Below are positions 48,738 to 56,382 of a DNA stretch of 64,000 bases, one piece after another. Below the pieces are notes generated by a model, which did no database searches, was not told the DNA's origin, and saw nothing but the letters and a program-made list of their open reading frames with translations. Source of the DNA: a virus (lineage: Duplodnaviria > Caudoviricetes); IMG/VR virus record IMGVR_UViG_3300005662_000021, positions 1-64,000 of that record. One strand, 5' to 3'. Every line of letters begins with the position of its first letter. Position 1 is the stretch's first letter. Both the position numbers and the translations under genes were made by a program.

Positions 48738-48811
48738 GGGCTATTGGTGTAGTGGTCGAACATGCCACCCTGTCACGGTGGAGAACAGGGGTTCAAATCC
48801 CCTATAGCTCG
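48738..48811 (+). tRNA. tRNA-Asp(GUC)
   Basis: GGGCTAT/ATAGCTC; CCACC-CTGTCAC-GGTGG. Confidence 0.92.
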
Positions 48812-48824
48812 CAATACTTTAATT

Positions 48825-48914
48825 AATCGGTTGGTGTAAGTGGAAATGAATACCACCTTGGGTAGCAACCTATTTTTAGAATGGGGGATGTAGGTTCGAA
48901 TCCTACACTGGTTA
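48825..48914 (+). ncRNA. tRNA-like RNA without a canonical anticodon loop
   Basis: AATCGGT/ACTGGTT acceptor, D-like arm, TGTAGG-TTCGAAT-CCTACA T arm. Confidence 0.6.
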
Positions 48915-49150
48915 AAAAAAGTTTTAAAAGTTGGAACTAAATGATATGAAGGTTGGTTTATAATAATGTAACTTAAAAAAATAGATTATGACAAACTTTA
49001 TGATAAATTTTATTATTCTTGCTATTTTTATAATGCTTTTGGGTTTTATTGGTAACTATATCATAAAAAAATATCCAGATTCTTGGGTAGCAAAATGGTG
49101 GGATGATATGACTGATATTGGTCATTGGTGGTAAATTAAAATAATATCTA

Positions 49151-49320
49151 TGTCACGAGATTAAGATGTGACTTACGTTCTAAGGAGTTTACTTATTGTC
49201 AATTAGGGCGGACGAAGGCAACATAAGTTATATTATGGTGACTTGATATTCACCATAACGAATACAAGATATCAAAAAGAGAAGTGGAGAATCACTTATT
49301 CAAAACTTCTCTTAATTTTT
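49151..49320 (+). ncRNA. unclassified multi-hairpin RNA
   Basis: GTCAC/GTGAC, ACTTAT/ATAAGT, TTATGGTGA/TCACCATAA (loop TTGATAT complementary to ATATCAA), AAGAGAAGT/ACTTCTCTT. Confidence 0.4.
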
Positions 49321-49404
49321 GCCTAGGTGGTGTAATGGTAGCCACGCAAGACTTAAAATCTTGTGACCAGTAAGGTCGTGCGGGTTCGAGTCCCGCCCTG
49401 GGTA
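49321..49404 (+). tRNA. tRNA-Leu(UAA)
   Basis: CAAGA-CTTAAAA-TCTTG; long variable arm. Confidence 0.92.
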
Positions 49405-49420
49405 CAAAAAAATAAAAAAC

Positions 49421-49609
49421 ATGATATATTTTAAAATTTACTTTACACTACTTCTTATCACAATCATAGTTGCTGGAGTTACTGGGTCGCTTATGAATAG
49501 CGATACTAAAAGAAGTGATTTATGGTTCAAGATTTCAAACACTTGTTGGATAGCAACATTAGTTATGGTTATTGCAGGCGTATTAACTTCTGTATGGATT
49601 CTACATTAG
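49421..49609 (+). CDS. small membrane protein
   Basis: two TM segments. Confidence 0.55.
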   Translation: MIYFKIYFTLLLITIIVAGVTGSLMNSDTKRSDLWFKISNTCWIATLVMVIAGVLTSVWILH

Positions 49610-49646
49610 AATCTTGTCGGGACTACAAAAAAAAGTTTAAAAAAGA

Positions 49647-49678
49647 TTTGGAATTAAGAAAATCAAATCGTAATTTTG
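49647..49678 (+). promoter_or_regulatory. Bacteroidota-type sigma70 promoter
   Basis: TTTG-N20-TAATTTTG directly upstream of shell S4. Confidence 0.75.
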
Positions 49679-49687
49679 TGAGACAAT

Positions 49688-49780
49688 AGTCTTGTGGCGG
49701 AATGGAAGACGCTCGCTTCAAGGTGCGGTTAGTCAACGAAATGTAAAGCTAACGTACAGGTTCGAATCCTGTCAGGACTA
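49688..49780 (+). ncRNA. tRNA-Leu-like shell S4 (possible Leu-CAA with 8-nt anticodon loop)
   Basis: AGTCTTG/CAGGACT-A; TCGC-TTCAAGGT-GCGG; GTTAGT/GCTAAC variable stem with 14-nt loop. Confidence 0.7.
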
Positions 49781-49784
49781 CAAA

Positions 49785-49888
49785 TGTGTTGTTCCTTTGA
49801 GAAAGGAAATATAAAGATGAGTGACATTACTTGAATTATGGAATAGTAACATAATCGTACACTACAACACAGAGGATTTCTCATCCTC
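49785..49888 (+). ncRNA. unclassified structured RNA
   Basis: TGTGTTGT/ACAACACA closing stem, TTCCTTT/AAAGGAA hairpin, then GAGGAT/ATCCTC hairpin. Confidence 0.4.
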
Positions 49889-49902
49889 AAATTTTTAAAA
49901 AC

Positions 49903-49975
49903 GCACCATTCGACAAGGGGTCTAAGTCACCTCCCTTTCACGGAGGAGTCACGGGTTCGAATCCCGTATGGTGTA
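49903..49975 (+). tRNA. tRNA-Glu(UUC)
   Basis: GCACCAT/ATGGTGT; CCTCC-CTTTCAC-GGAGG. Confidence 0.93.
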
Positions 49976-50027
49976 CAAATCTCAGAAGTAATTAATCTGG
50001 GGCTGAGAGGTTCGAAACTCACGGAAA

Positions 50028-50126
50028 TGATTATGGTGTAGGCGCACGGAAAGATAAAGTATGAGAATGGTAAGTACCCATTAAAGAAATTGACATCAGG
50101 ATTAAGGTTCGAATCCTTATTAATCA
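50028..50126 (+). ncRNA. tRNA-like RNA with insert in place of anticodon arm
   Basis: TGATTA/TAATCA, GTG/CAC D-like arm, TAAGG-TTCGAAT-CCTTA T arm. Confidence 0.5.
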
Positions 50127-50136
50127 ACAAACATTA

Positions 50137-50176
50137 TGTGTATAGGATTTTTGGGTTGTGTATAGGATTTTCGGGT
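50137..50176 (+). repeat. 20-bp tandem duplication
   Basis: TGTGTATAGGATTTT(T/C)GGGT x2 just before the HNH gene. Confidence 0.85.
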
Positions 50177-50197
50177 TTTTTGTGATATTTATATAAT

Positions 50198-50779
50198 ATG
50201 GAAGAATTAAATAGACATCAAAAAGCTGCATTGGTAAGTGGTATTAAGCGTAGACAGAAATCACTACAAGAATACTACGAAAATCCTAATATTTGTAGGT
50301 GTTGCAATAAACCAATTATGGTTGGTGAAAAACAAAAAGTTCGTGAGGTTAGAAGAAAAGTTTTTTGTGACCATAGTTGTTCTGCAACTTTTAATAATCA
50401 ACAAAGAGAAATTAAAGAACCGATTAAAAAAAATAAAGAACCAAGACCTAAAAAGGAAAATAAAGAATCTAAACCTAAAAAGGAAAAATTTGAATTTATT
50501 TTAGGTTTAACTAAAAAAGATTTGTTTGAAAAACACGAAATTTATTATAGATTTAGAGCAGTAATTAGGAAACATGCACATTATATTTTCAACAAACATC
50601 ATAAAGACCAAAAATGTAAGGTTTGTGGATATAATACTCACGTAGAAGTTTGTCATATAAAATCAGTTTCATCTTTCAGTGATGATACTCTAATAATTGA
50701 GATAAATTCTATAGATAATTTAGTTGGGTTATGCCCTAATCATCATTGGGAATTTGACAATGGTAAAATAAAATTATAA
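50198..50779 (+). mobile_element. free-standing HNH endonuclease gene
   Basis: CxxC ribbons; CKVCG...EVCHIK...NLVGLCPNHHWEFD. Confidence 0.8.
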
Positions 50780-50786
50780 CACATCA

Positions 50787-50872
50787 CGCAAGGTGGACGA
50801 GTGGTCAATGTCAGGGGTCTCATAAGCCTCTTCTGCGAAAGTGGAACTTCGGTTCGAATCCGAACTTTGCGT
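50787..50872 (+). tRNA. tRNA with CAU anticodon (Met or Ile2) and long variable arm
   Basis: CGCAAGG/CTTTGCG; GGGGT-CTCATAA-GCCTC; TTCTGC-GAAA-GTGGAA variable stem. Confidence 0.85.
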
Positions 50873-50885
50873 CAAATTATTAAAA

Positions 50886-50971
50886 GGGTGTCTATCCAAA
50901 TTGGTGAAGGAAGCTGTCTGTAAAACAGTTGCTATATGCTAAACTTGGGGGTTCGAATCCCTCGGCACCCA
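50886..50971 (+). tRNA. tRNA-Tyr(GUA)
   Basis: GGGTGTC/GGCACCC; loop CTGTAAA; long variable region. Confidence 0.9.
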
Positions 50972-50975
50972 CAAA

Positions 50976-51179
50976 AGAAATGAAACCTTACATAGGATGG
51001 ATTAGCACCATTGAAAGGGAACTTGGCTCTCATAGGGTCGCAACCTAAATCGAGAGTAATAATGACCCAAGTTGCTATGTAGGAGACCCTGCTCTACCGT
51101 GCACGGTATCAGGTGATGGGGAACAAACCATCATTAAACGTCTTGCCCATATAATGCTTATGGAAGGACTTTCATTTCT
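50976..51179 (+). ncRNA. unclassified ~200-nt multi-helix RNA
   Basis: AGAAATGAAA/TTTCATTTCT closing stem; ACATAG/CTATGT, AACTTGG/CCAAGTT, CTCTC/GAGAG, TACCGT/ACGGTA, TGATGG/CCATCA, CCATA/TATGG. Confidence 0.65.
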
Positions 51180-51184
51180 AATTT

Positions 51185-51259
51185 GCAGTAATAGCTCAAT
51201 GGTAGAGTTCTTGTCTTCCAAACAAGATGTTGCGAGTTCGAGTCTCGCTTACTGCTCCA
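51185..51259 (+). tRNA. tRNA-Gly(UCC)
   Basis: GCAGTAA/TTACTGC; loop CTTCCAA; encoded CCA. Confidence 0.93.
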
Positions 51260-51275
51260 AATTTAAAAATTCATT

Positions 51276-51488
51276 ATGAATCAGTCCGAATTTAGAAATC
51301 TTAGAACTGGGGATAAAATCCATATTAAGTCTCGTGATGGTTTATATACCTTCTTAAAAAAAGACTTTAGAACTGGTGAAATTCATATAACCTGTAAAAT
51401 ATGGCAATATGAAGAAAATCCGATAAGAGTAACAAGTTTTGATGATTTCAAATGTTTGGCTGGTGGTTTATGGAGAAAAATTATGTAA
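51276..51488 (+). CDS. hypothetical protein
   Basis: 70 aa ORF. Confidence 0.55.
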   Translation: MNQSEFRNLRTGDKIHIKSRDGLYTFLKKDFRTGEIHITCKIWQYEENPIRVTSFDDFKCLAGGLWRKIM

Positions 51489-51561
51489 TAGGAGAAAGTA
51501 AGTCGGTTGGTGTATAGCTTCCTTACGTCTAAAATTTAAGCACGATTACATAATACAAAAA

Positions 51562-51635
51562 GGGGGATTAGCTCAGCTGGCTAGAGCACTTGATTTGCAT
51601 TCAAGAGGTCATCGGTTCGACTCCGATATCCTCCA
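51562..51635 (+). tRNA. tRNA-Ala(UGC)
   Basis: GGGGGAT/ATCCTCC with G3-U70; loop TTTGCAT. Confidence 0.95.
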
Positions 51636-51667
51636 CTGAAAAATAAACATTGTTTTAAATTTAATTT

Positions 51668-52273
51668 ATGAAAAAATTTTTAGTATTTTTAGTGTTAGTA
51701 GTATTATTGACATCTTGGTCATATACACCCCCACGTAGGGTATTATTTATCGGTGATAGTTTAACCTGTGCAACTGGTGGGTGGCAAGACCAAGTTTCCA
51801 AACATTTTGGATATCAAAGGGTCAATTTATCTAAAGGTGGTGTTAGAACGGATTATATGAGGACAACCCTAAATGCTTGTTTTAAAAACGATTCAGCTTT
51901 TTCAAGTGTTTTTATCTATGGTGGATGTAATGATGCTTTCTCTTATGTAAATCTCCAAGGTGCGGTTAATAACATTCAAATGATGGTTGATAGTTGTAAT
52001 AGAAGAGGAATTGAACCAATTGTGATTGTGGGTTTTAATCCAGCTCAAGTAACAACAAAGACTGTGTATGATGCAGAAACAACCAAGAGATGTGTTGGAA
52101 GATACATTGAGTTTCAAAAGTTGATGGTTCACGAGAAAACTGGTTTAAAAAATTGTAAGATAATTCCAATGGACACTACAATGTTTTATAGTGATACTGG
52201 AGATGGAATTCATTTTGCTGCGAGTGGTCATAGAAAATTTGCTAATTGGGTTATAAATCATATGGAAAAATGA
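51668..52273 (+). CDS. SGNH/GDSL hydrolase, exported
   Basis: FIGDSLT, YGGCND, DGIHFAASGH; signal peptide. Confidence 0.85.
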   Translation: MKKFLVFLVLVVLLTSWSYTPPRRVLFIGDSLTCATGGWQDQVSKHFGYQRVNLSKGGVRTDYMRTTLNACFKNDSAFSSVFIYGGCNDAFSYVNLQGAVNNIQMMVDSCNRRGIEPIVIVGFNPAQVTTKTVYDAETTKRCVGRYIEFQKLMVHEKTGLKNCKIIPMDTTMFYSDTGDGIHFAASGHRKFANWVINHMEK

Positions 52274-52521
52274 AAAAAATATTTTGGTTTTCAATTTTAA
52301 TCACTATCTTTGTATCCTGTAACAAACACCCCACGATAGAACCTGGTGATATTGTTAAGAAGTGTGTAATTGATACGATGTATATTACAGAATCTCCATC
52401 CACAATTGAATTTGGTAAGAGATATAATTATAAAACCGATTGTGATGAATTGATAATGACAAGAAGAAGTGATGTGTATGAAATAGGGGATACAATAACC
52501 TACGTTTATAAAAGAAGATAA
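52270..52521 (+). CDS. lipoprotein
   Basis: lipobox IFVSC. Confidence 0.6.
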   Translation: MKKIFWFSILITIFVSCNKHPTIEPGDIVKKCVIDTMYITESPSTIEFGKRYNYKTDCDELIMTRRSDVYEIGDTITYVYKRR

Positions 52522-52527
52522 TTATTT

Positions 52528-52613
52528 GCCGTTTTCGCATAGTGGTTGATTGCACTGGATTTGTAACCCAGTTCCGTTAGGACACGTCAGTTCGAATCTG
52601 ACAAACGGCTCCA
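52528..52613 (+). tRNA. tRNA-Thr(UGU) with enlarged variable arm
   Basis: GCCGTTT/AAACGGC; loop TTTGTAA; TCC-GTTA-GGA variable stem; encoded CCA. Confidence 0.88.
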
Positions 52614-52617
52614 AAAA

Positions 52618-52830
52618 TCCCAATTGATGTAGATAGATTGGGTGGTCAGTAAGCCTAATTGCTCGTATTATGGTTAATATGTCACTATAACCAGGGTTGC
52701 CAAGACCAGATTGTTGGCAGTTTACACGAGATAGTCACTCGCATTTTCTACAAAAGGCAAAAAACACTAGTCCGTTTCTACAGGATGATGGGGCATTGAA
52801 AAAGTGTAGCTAACTTGGAAGATACCCCAA
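52618..52830 (+). ncRNA. unclassified ~210-nt structured RNA
   Basis: CCCAAT/ATTGGG, TGGTTA/TAACCA, TGCCAA/TTGGCA, CGAG/CTCG hairpins; loop TGTAGA complementary to two downstream TCTACA. Confidence 0.5.
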
Positions 52831-52918
52831 AATTTTTTAAAAAAAACATAGGAAAAAGTGAATAATTCAGGAAGAACAACTATCTTTGTCTTATTAATCA
52901 CTGAAACACATAATCACA

Positions 52919-53149
52919 ATGGCTAAAGAGAAAAAAACAATCCAAGTTGAGTTATTAAAAGAATTCGCAAACAACTATTTGGCTATTCCAATGGTTTCTA
53001 TCCAAGAAAAAATGGGCATTATCACAATGATTGAAAAGGTTCTACACGAATCTAATGCCTATAAAGGTTATATGTATTTAAAACTTGAAGAAAACAATAC
53101 CCCCCCAGCATTTGGTAGTGAGGGGTGGGCAACAAGAAAATATTTTTAA
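52919..53149 (+). CDS. hypothetical protein
   Basis: 76 aa ORF after TATCTTTG promoter element. Confidence 0.6.
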   Translation: MAKEKKTIQVELLKEFANNYLAIPMVSIQEKMGIITMIEKVLHESNAYKGYMYLKLEENNTPPAFGSEGWATRKYF

Positions 53150-53158
53150 TTTAAAACT

Positions 53159-53431
53159 TTGAATATTATGGCACTTATTTATGTAATCTTGGATAGTAAC
53201 GATAGAATTCCAATTCTAACTGCAAGTAGTATTGAAAAAGCTGAATTACTTTTGAATCAATATATGGGTGTTGAAGGTCCTATATTTGATGAAAGTGTTG
53301 AGTATATAGGTTTTGAACCATTTGATGACAGAGGTTATTATGAAATTTATGAAGGTGAATACAAATATAAGACAGAAGATGGTGAACAAAGATTCATAAG
53401 ATATTGTATGTCATTAGATAGTTTATATTAA
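53159..53431 (+). CDS. hypothetical protein
   Basis: 90 aa ORF. Confidence 0.55.
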   Translation: MNIMALIYVILDSNDRIPILTASSIEKAELLLNQYMGVEGPIFDESVEYIGFEPFDDRGYYEIYEGEYKYKTEDGEQRFIRYCMSLDSLY

Positions 53432-53436
53432 AATTT

Positions 53437-53582
53437 AGTCCTGTGGCGGAATGGAAGACGTTTGGGTGCAAATCCCATTAGCCCAAAGGGGGTTACAATA
53501 TATTGAGGTTCGATTCCTCTACTGGTACGGATGTGTCAGATTGGCGTTGTTGTAAATACAGGTTCGATTCCTGTCAGGACTA
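53437..53582 (+). ncRNA. tRNA-Leu-like shell S5 with a nested second T arm
   Basis: AGTCCTG/CAGGACT-A; TTTGGG/CCCAAA hairpin; TTACAATA/TGTTGTAA arm containing GAGG-TTCGATT-CCTC. Confidence 0.75.
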
Positions 53583-53590
53583 CAACATTT

Positions 53591-53674
53591 AAAACATCAA
53601 CTCGTAAAGAAAATGATGGCAAAGAGGTTCAGATAAAGGTAACGAGCTCCTACCTACCCTGAACAAGATGTTTT
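53591..53674 (+). ncRNA. candidate pseudoknotted small RNA
   Basis: AAAACATC/GATGTTTT, GTTCAG/CTGAAC, AGGTA/TACCT; loop ACGAG complementary to 5' CTCGT. Confidence 0.5.
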
Positions 53675-53683
53675 AATTAATAT

Positions 53684-53797
53684 GGTCAAGTGGCGGAATG
53701 GAAGACGCTAAGTAAGATGGTGTACGTTTGTCCCATAAGAAAGACCGATGCAACAGAAATGTGAAGGGTCGTATAGGTTCAAATCCTATCTTGACTA
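53684..53797 (+). ncRNA. tRNA-Leu-like shell S6
   Basis: GGTCAAG/CTTGACT-A; GCGGAATGGAAGACGC; TATAGG-TTCAAAT-CCTAT. Confidence 0.75.
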
Positions 53798-53800
53798 CAA

Positions 53801-53984
53801 TGAGTAAGAGATACTCAGCAGTCTTAGTAAAGACTTAAATCTATACTCGGTTCTAAAGGGGACATCGTGAACGCCCCTTTCATGGGAATAAAGGCAGGTA
53901 GCAGAGCCTCCCAGTAGCTTGACTAATTTTAAGAGGGATGACCCACAGGTTTATTGAAAGCAAGAAAACCGATATATCTACTCA
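53801..53984 (+). ncRNA. CAGCAA-family-like stem RNA copy 4 with multi-hairpin interior
   Basis: TGAGT/ACTCA and AGATA/TATCT stems followed by CTCAGCAG; four internal hairpins. Confidence 0.5.
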
Positions 53985-54010
53985 CTTGGAATCTCAGAGT
54001 GGGGAAATTT

Positions 54011-54098
54011 GCACCCATAGCTCAACTGGACAGAGCAACCGCCTTCTAAGCGGAAGGGTACCGAAAGGTCATTGTAGGTTCGAGTCCTACTGGGTGTA
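54011..54098 (+). tRNA. tRNA-Arg(UCU) with long variable arm
   Basis: GCACCCA/TGGGTGT; loop CTTCTAA; ACC-GAAA-GGT variable stem. Confidence 0.88.
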
Positions 54099-54164
54099 CT
54101 AAATTTTAATAGTAGCTATTGGTTTGAATTATTGATTTGTTTATATTTATAGTAAAATACTATT

Positions 54165-54770
54165 ATGGAACAAAACAAATTCAATAAAGAAGATTTAGAA
54201 AACTTAATTCACACACAAAATAAGAGTTATCGTGAAATTGGTAAATTGTACGGAGTTAGTGACACTTATATCAAAAAAATAGCAAGAAAACTTGGTATAG
54301 AGTTATTGGTTAGAAAAGTGTTTCCTAAAGATTTTACCCCAATAAATAAAGGTACTTGTGAAATACTTACTTGTAAAAATTGTCTAGCTACTTTTCAAAA
54401 AAAATATGGTAATCCGAAATTTTGTTGTCATAGTTGTAGTATTGATTATAGACAAAAAAATAAATACAATCATTATTTATTCAACCAACAAGAATTTACT
54501 AATTGTATTTCAGATATGAAATGGTTTAAGAAATATATTCTTGAAGAACAAAATGAAAAATGTAATATTTGTAATATTGATAATTTTTGGAATGGTAAAC
54601 CATTGAAGTTCATTTTAGACCATATTGATGGAAATGCCGCTAACAATACAAGAAATAATTTAAGACTGATTTGTCATAATTGTGATTCCCAATTGGACAC
54701 TTACAAATCAAAAAATAAAAATTCGGCTAGAAAAAATAGGTATTTTTTAAACTATAAAAACAAATTATAA
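54165..54770 (+). mobile_element. free-standing HNH endonuclease gene
   Basis: N-terminal HTH; CNIC...ILDHIDGNAANNTRNNLRLICHNCDSQ. Confidence 0.85.
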
Positions 54771-54966
54771 AATTATGAAATTTAAAGTAGGAGACAAAGT
54801 TTACAAACCGAAAGGTTACAAATTCCCAGGTATAGTTGTTGCGGTATTCCAAACCACATCTGGTGAAACGAGAATTGTTGCAGAATTAATTGATAATGGT
54901 ATGTTACACATATTTAGTGAGAGTCAGCTTGAACTTGATATAAACTAAATAAATCATTATTAAGAT

Positions 54967-55224
54967 ATGAATTCTAAATTAACACAAAATAAAACACCTC
55001 TTCAAAACGTTATAGATAAAGTTGAAAAACTTACTAGAGAAGCTAAACAGAATACAGAGGAAAAAAGAAAATTAAACATAGTTATTTCTTATCTTTGGGA
55101 CGAGTTACAAAATGAAAGATATGTAATGTCTGAAATTTATGAAAAAAGTAAAAAAGAAGATAATGAAGTAACTGGAAAAATGTGGATTGAAAAAAATTTT
55201 ATAGACTATCAAAAATTTTTATAA
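54967..55224 (+). CDS. hypothetical protein
   Basis: 85 aa ORF. Confidence 0.55.
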   Translation: MNSKLTQNKTPLQNVIDKVEKLTREAKQNTEEKRKLNIVISYLWDELQNERYVMSEIYEKSKKEDNEVTGKMWIEKNFIDYQKFL

Positions 55225-55357
55225 TGAAAGACGAAAATCAAGGTAAAACAAATGACCAAAGAGAATTTGCAATGTTTATGTTCTCTGGTTCAATGTTAGC
55301 ACTAATTGTATTAGGATTGGTTTATCTAATCAAATTTGGATTTAACCTTTAAAAAAG

Positions 55358-55441
55358 ACCTGAGTGGTGGAATGGTAGACACGTTTGGCTTAGACCCAAA
55401 TTCCGTTTAAAGGAGTAAGAGTTCGAATCTCTTCTTAGGTA
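55358..55441 (+). tRNA. tRNA-Leu(UAG)
   Basis: ACCTGAG/CTTAGGT; TTTGG-CTTAGAC-CCAAA. Confidence 0.9.
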
Positions 55442-55461
55442 CAAAAATTGGACATAAAAAA

Positions 55462-55770
55462 ATGGAAGCAAAAATTCTTAAAAAAGGTATTAATGTTACC
55501 TATTATTTTCCACATGGAAATAATGAACCATTTTGTGTTACATTCATCAAATCAGGATGGAAGGAACATTATCACGTTATATCAGAGTGGGGTGATTCTG
55601 GAGATTTTACTCACAGAGTAATGAAACCTATTGAAATAATTGATATGTACAATTTGACAGCTGATGATTTACCAATTGGTAATGAAATTTATTTTATCTC
55701 TAAAAAAGAAATCTTGGAGCATCCAAATGATTATGATTTAGGTGAATTTGTTCGAAAAAAAATTTCTTAA
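55462..55770 (+). CDS. hypothetical protein
   Basis: 102 aa ORF. Confidence 0.6.
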   Translation: MEAKILKKGINVTYYFPHGNNEPFCVTFIKSGWKEHYHVISEWGDSGDFTHRVMKPIEIIDMYNLTADDLPIGNEIYFISKKEILEHPNDYDLGEFVRKKIS

Positions 55771-55959
55771 TGTAATTTTGTTTTTTTATCTTTGTATCAA
55801 ATAATAAAACTATGAAAAAGAAAGATAAATTAAAAAATACAATTGACGCCATAGGGAATGGTGCTCGTTTGGTATATTTAGAGAAGAACCCTCACGGTTT
55901 CTCCTCAATAACAAAAGTTCATAAAACTATTAAACAATATACTAGAAAAAACAAACGAA

Positions 55960-56382
55960 ATGAAATACAAAATATATTTGGATGATGAAAGAACTCCTAA
56001 TGATAAGGATTGGACTATTGTTAGAAATTATGGTCAATTCATCAAAAAGATTTCTGAAATTGGATTAGAAAATGTAGCAGTAATTTCATTTGACCATGAT
56101 TTGGGCGACACTGCGGTTGAAGAATATTACACAAACGTAATGAATAAAGGTATATTAGATTATGATAATATTGAAGAAAAAACTGGATATGATGCAGCTA
56201 AATGGTTGGTTGAACAATATATGGACAACATTACAAGTCCTTTCCCTCAAGTATATGTTCACTCAGCCAATCCTATTGGAGCTATTAATATTATTAATTA
56301 TGTTAATCGTTTCCTAAGACATATCGGTAAGAAACAAACCGCAAAATTAAAAGTAGAACCTTTCACCATTCAACATAAATAA
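55960..56382 (+). CDS. cyclic-phosphate processing receiver-domain protein
   Basis: IYLDDERTP, ISFDHDLG, TGYDAAKWL, VHSANPIG. Confidence 0.8.
   Translation: MKYKIYLDDERTPNDKDWTIVRNYGQFIKKISEIGLENVAVISFDHDLGDTAVEEYYTNVMNKGILDYDNIEEKTGYDAAKWLVEQYMDNITSPFPQVYVHSANPIGAINIINYVNRFLRHIGKKQTAKLKVEPFTIQHK

Noticed and set aside
49927-50130. Minus-strand ORF
   Set aside because: Antisense to tRNA-Glu and the tRNA-like element
40446-53797. Shells as tmRNA or group I intron-containing tRNAs
   Set aside because: Inserts are only about 40-95 nt, too short for a group I core or tmRNA, have no resume ORF, and the Ala G3-U70 identity pair is absent; protein-dependent splicing is not excluded
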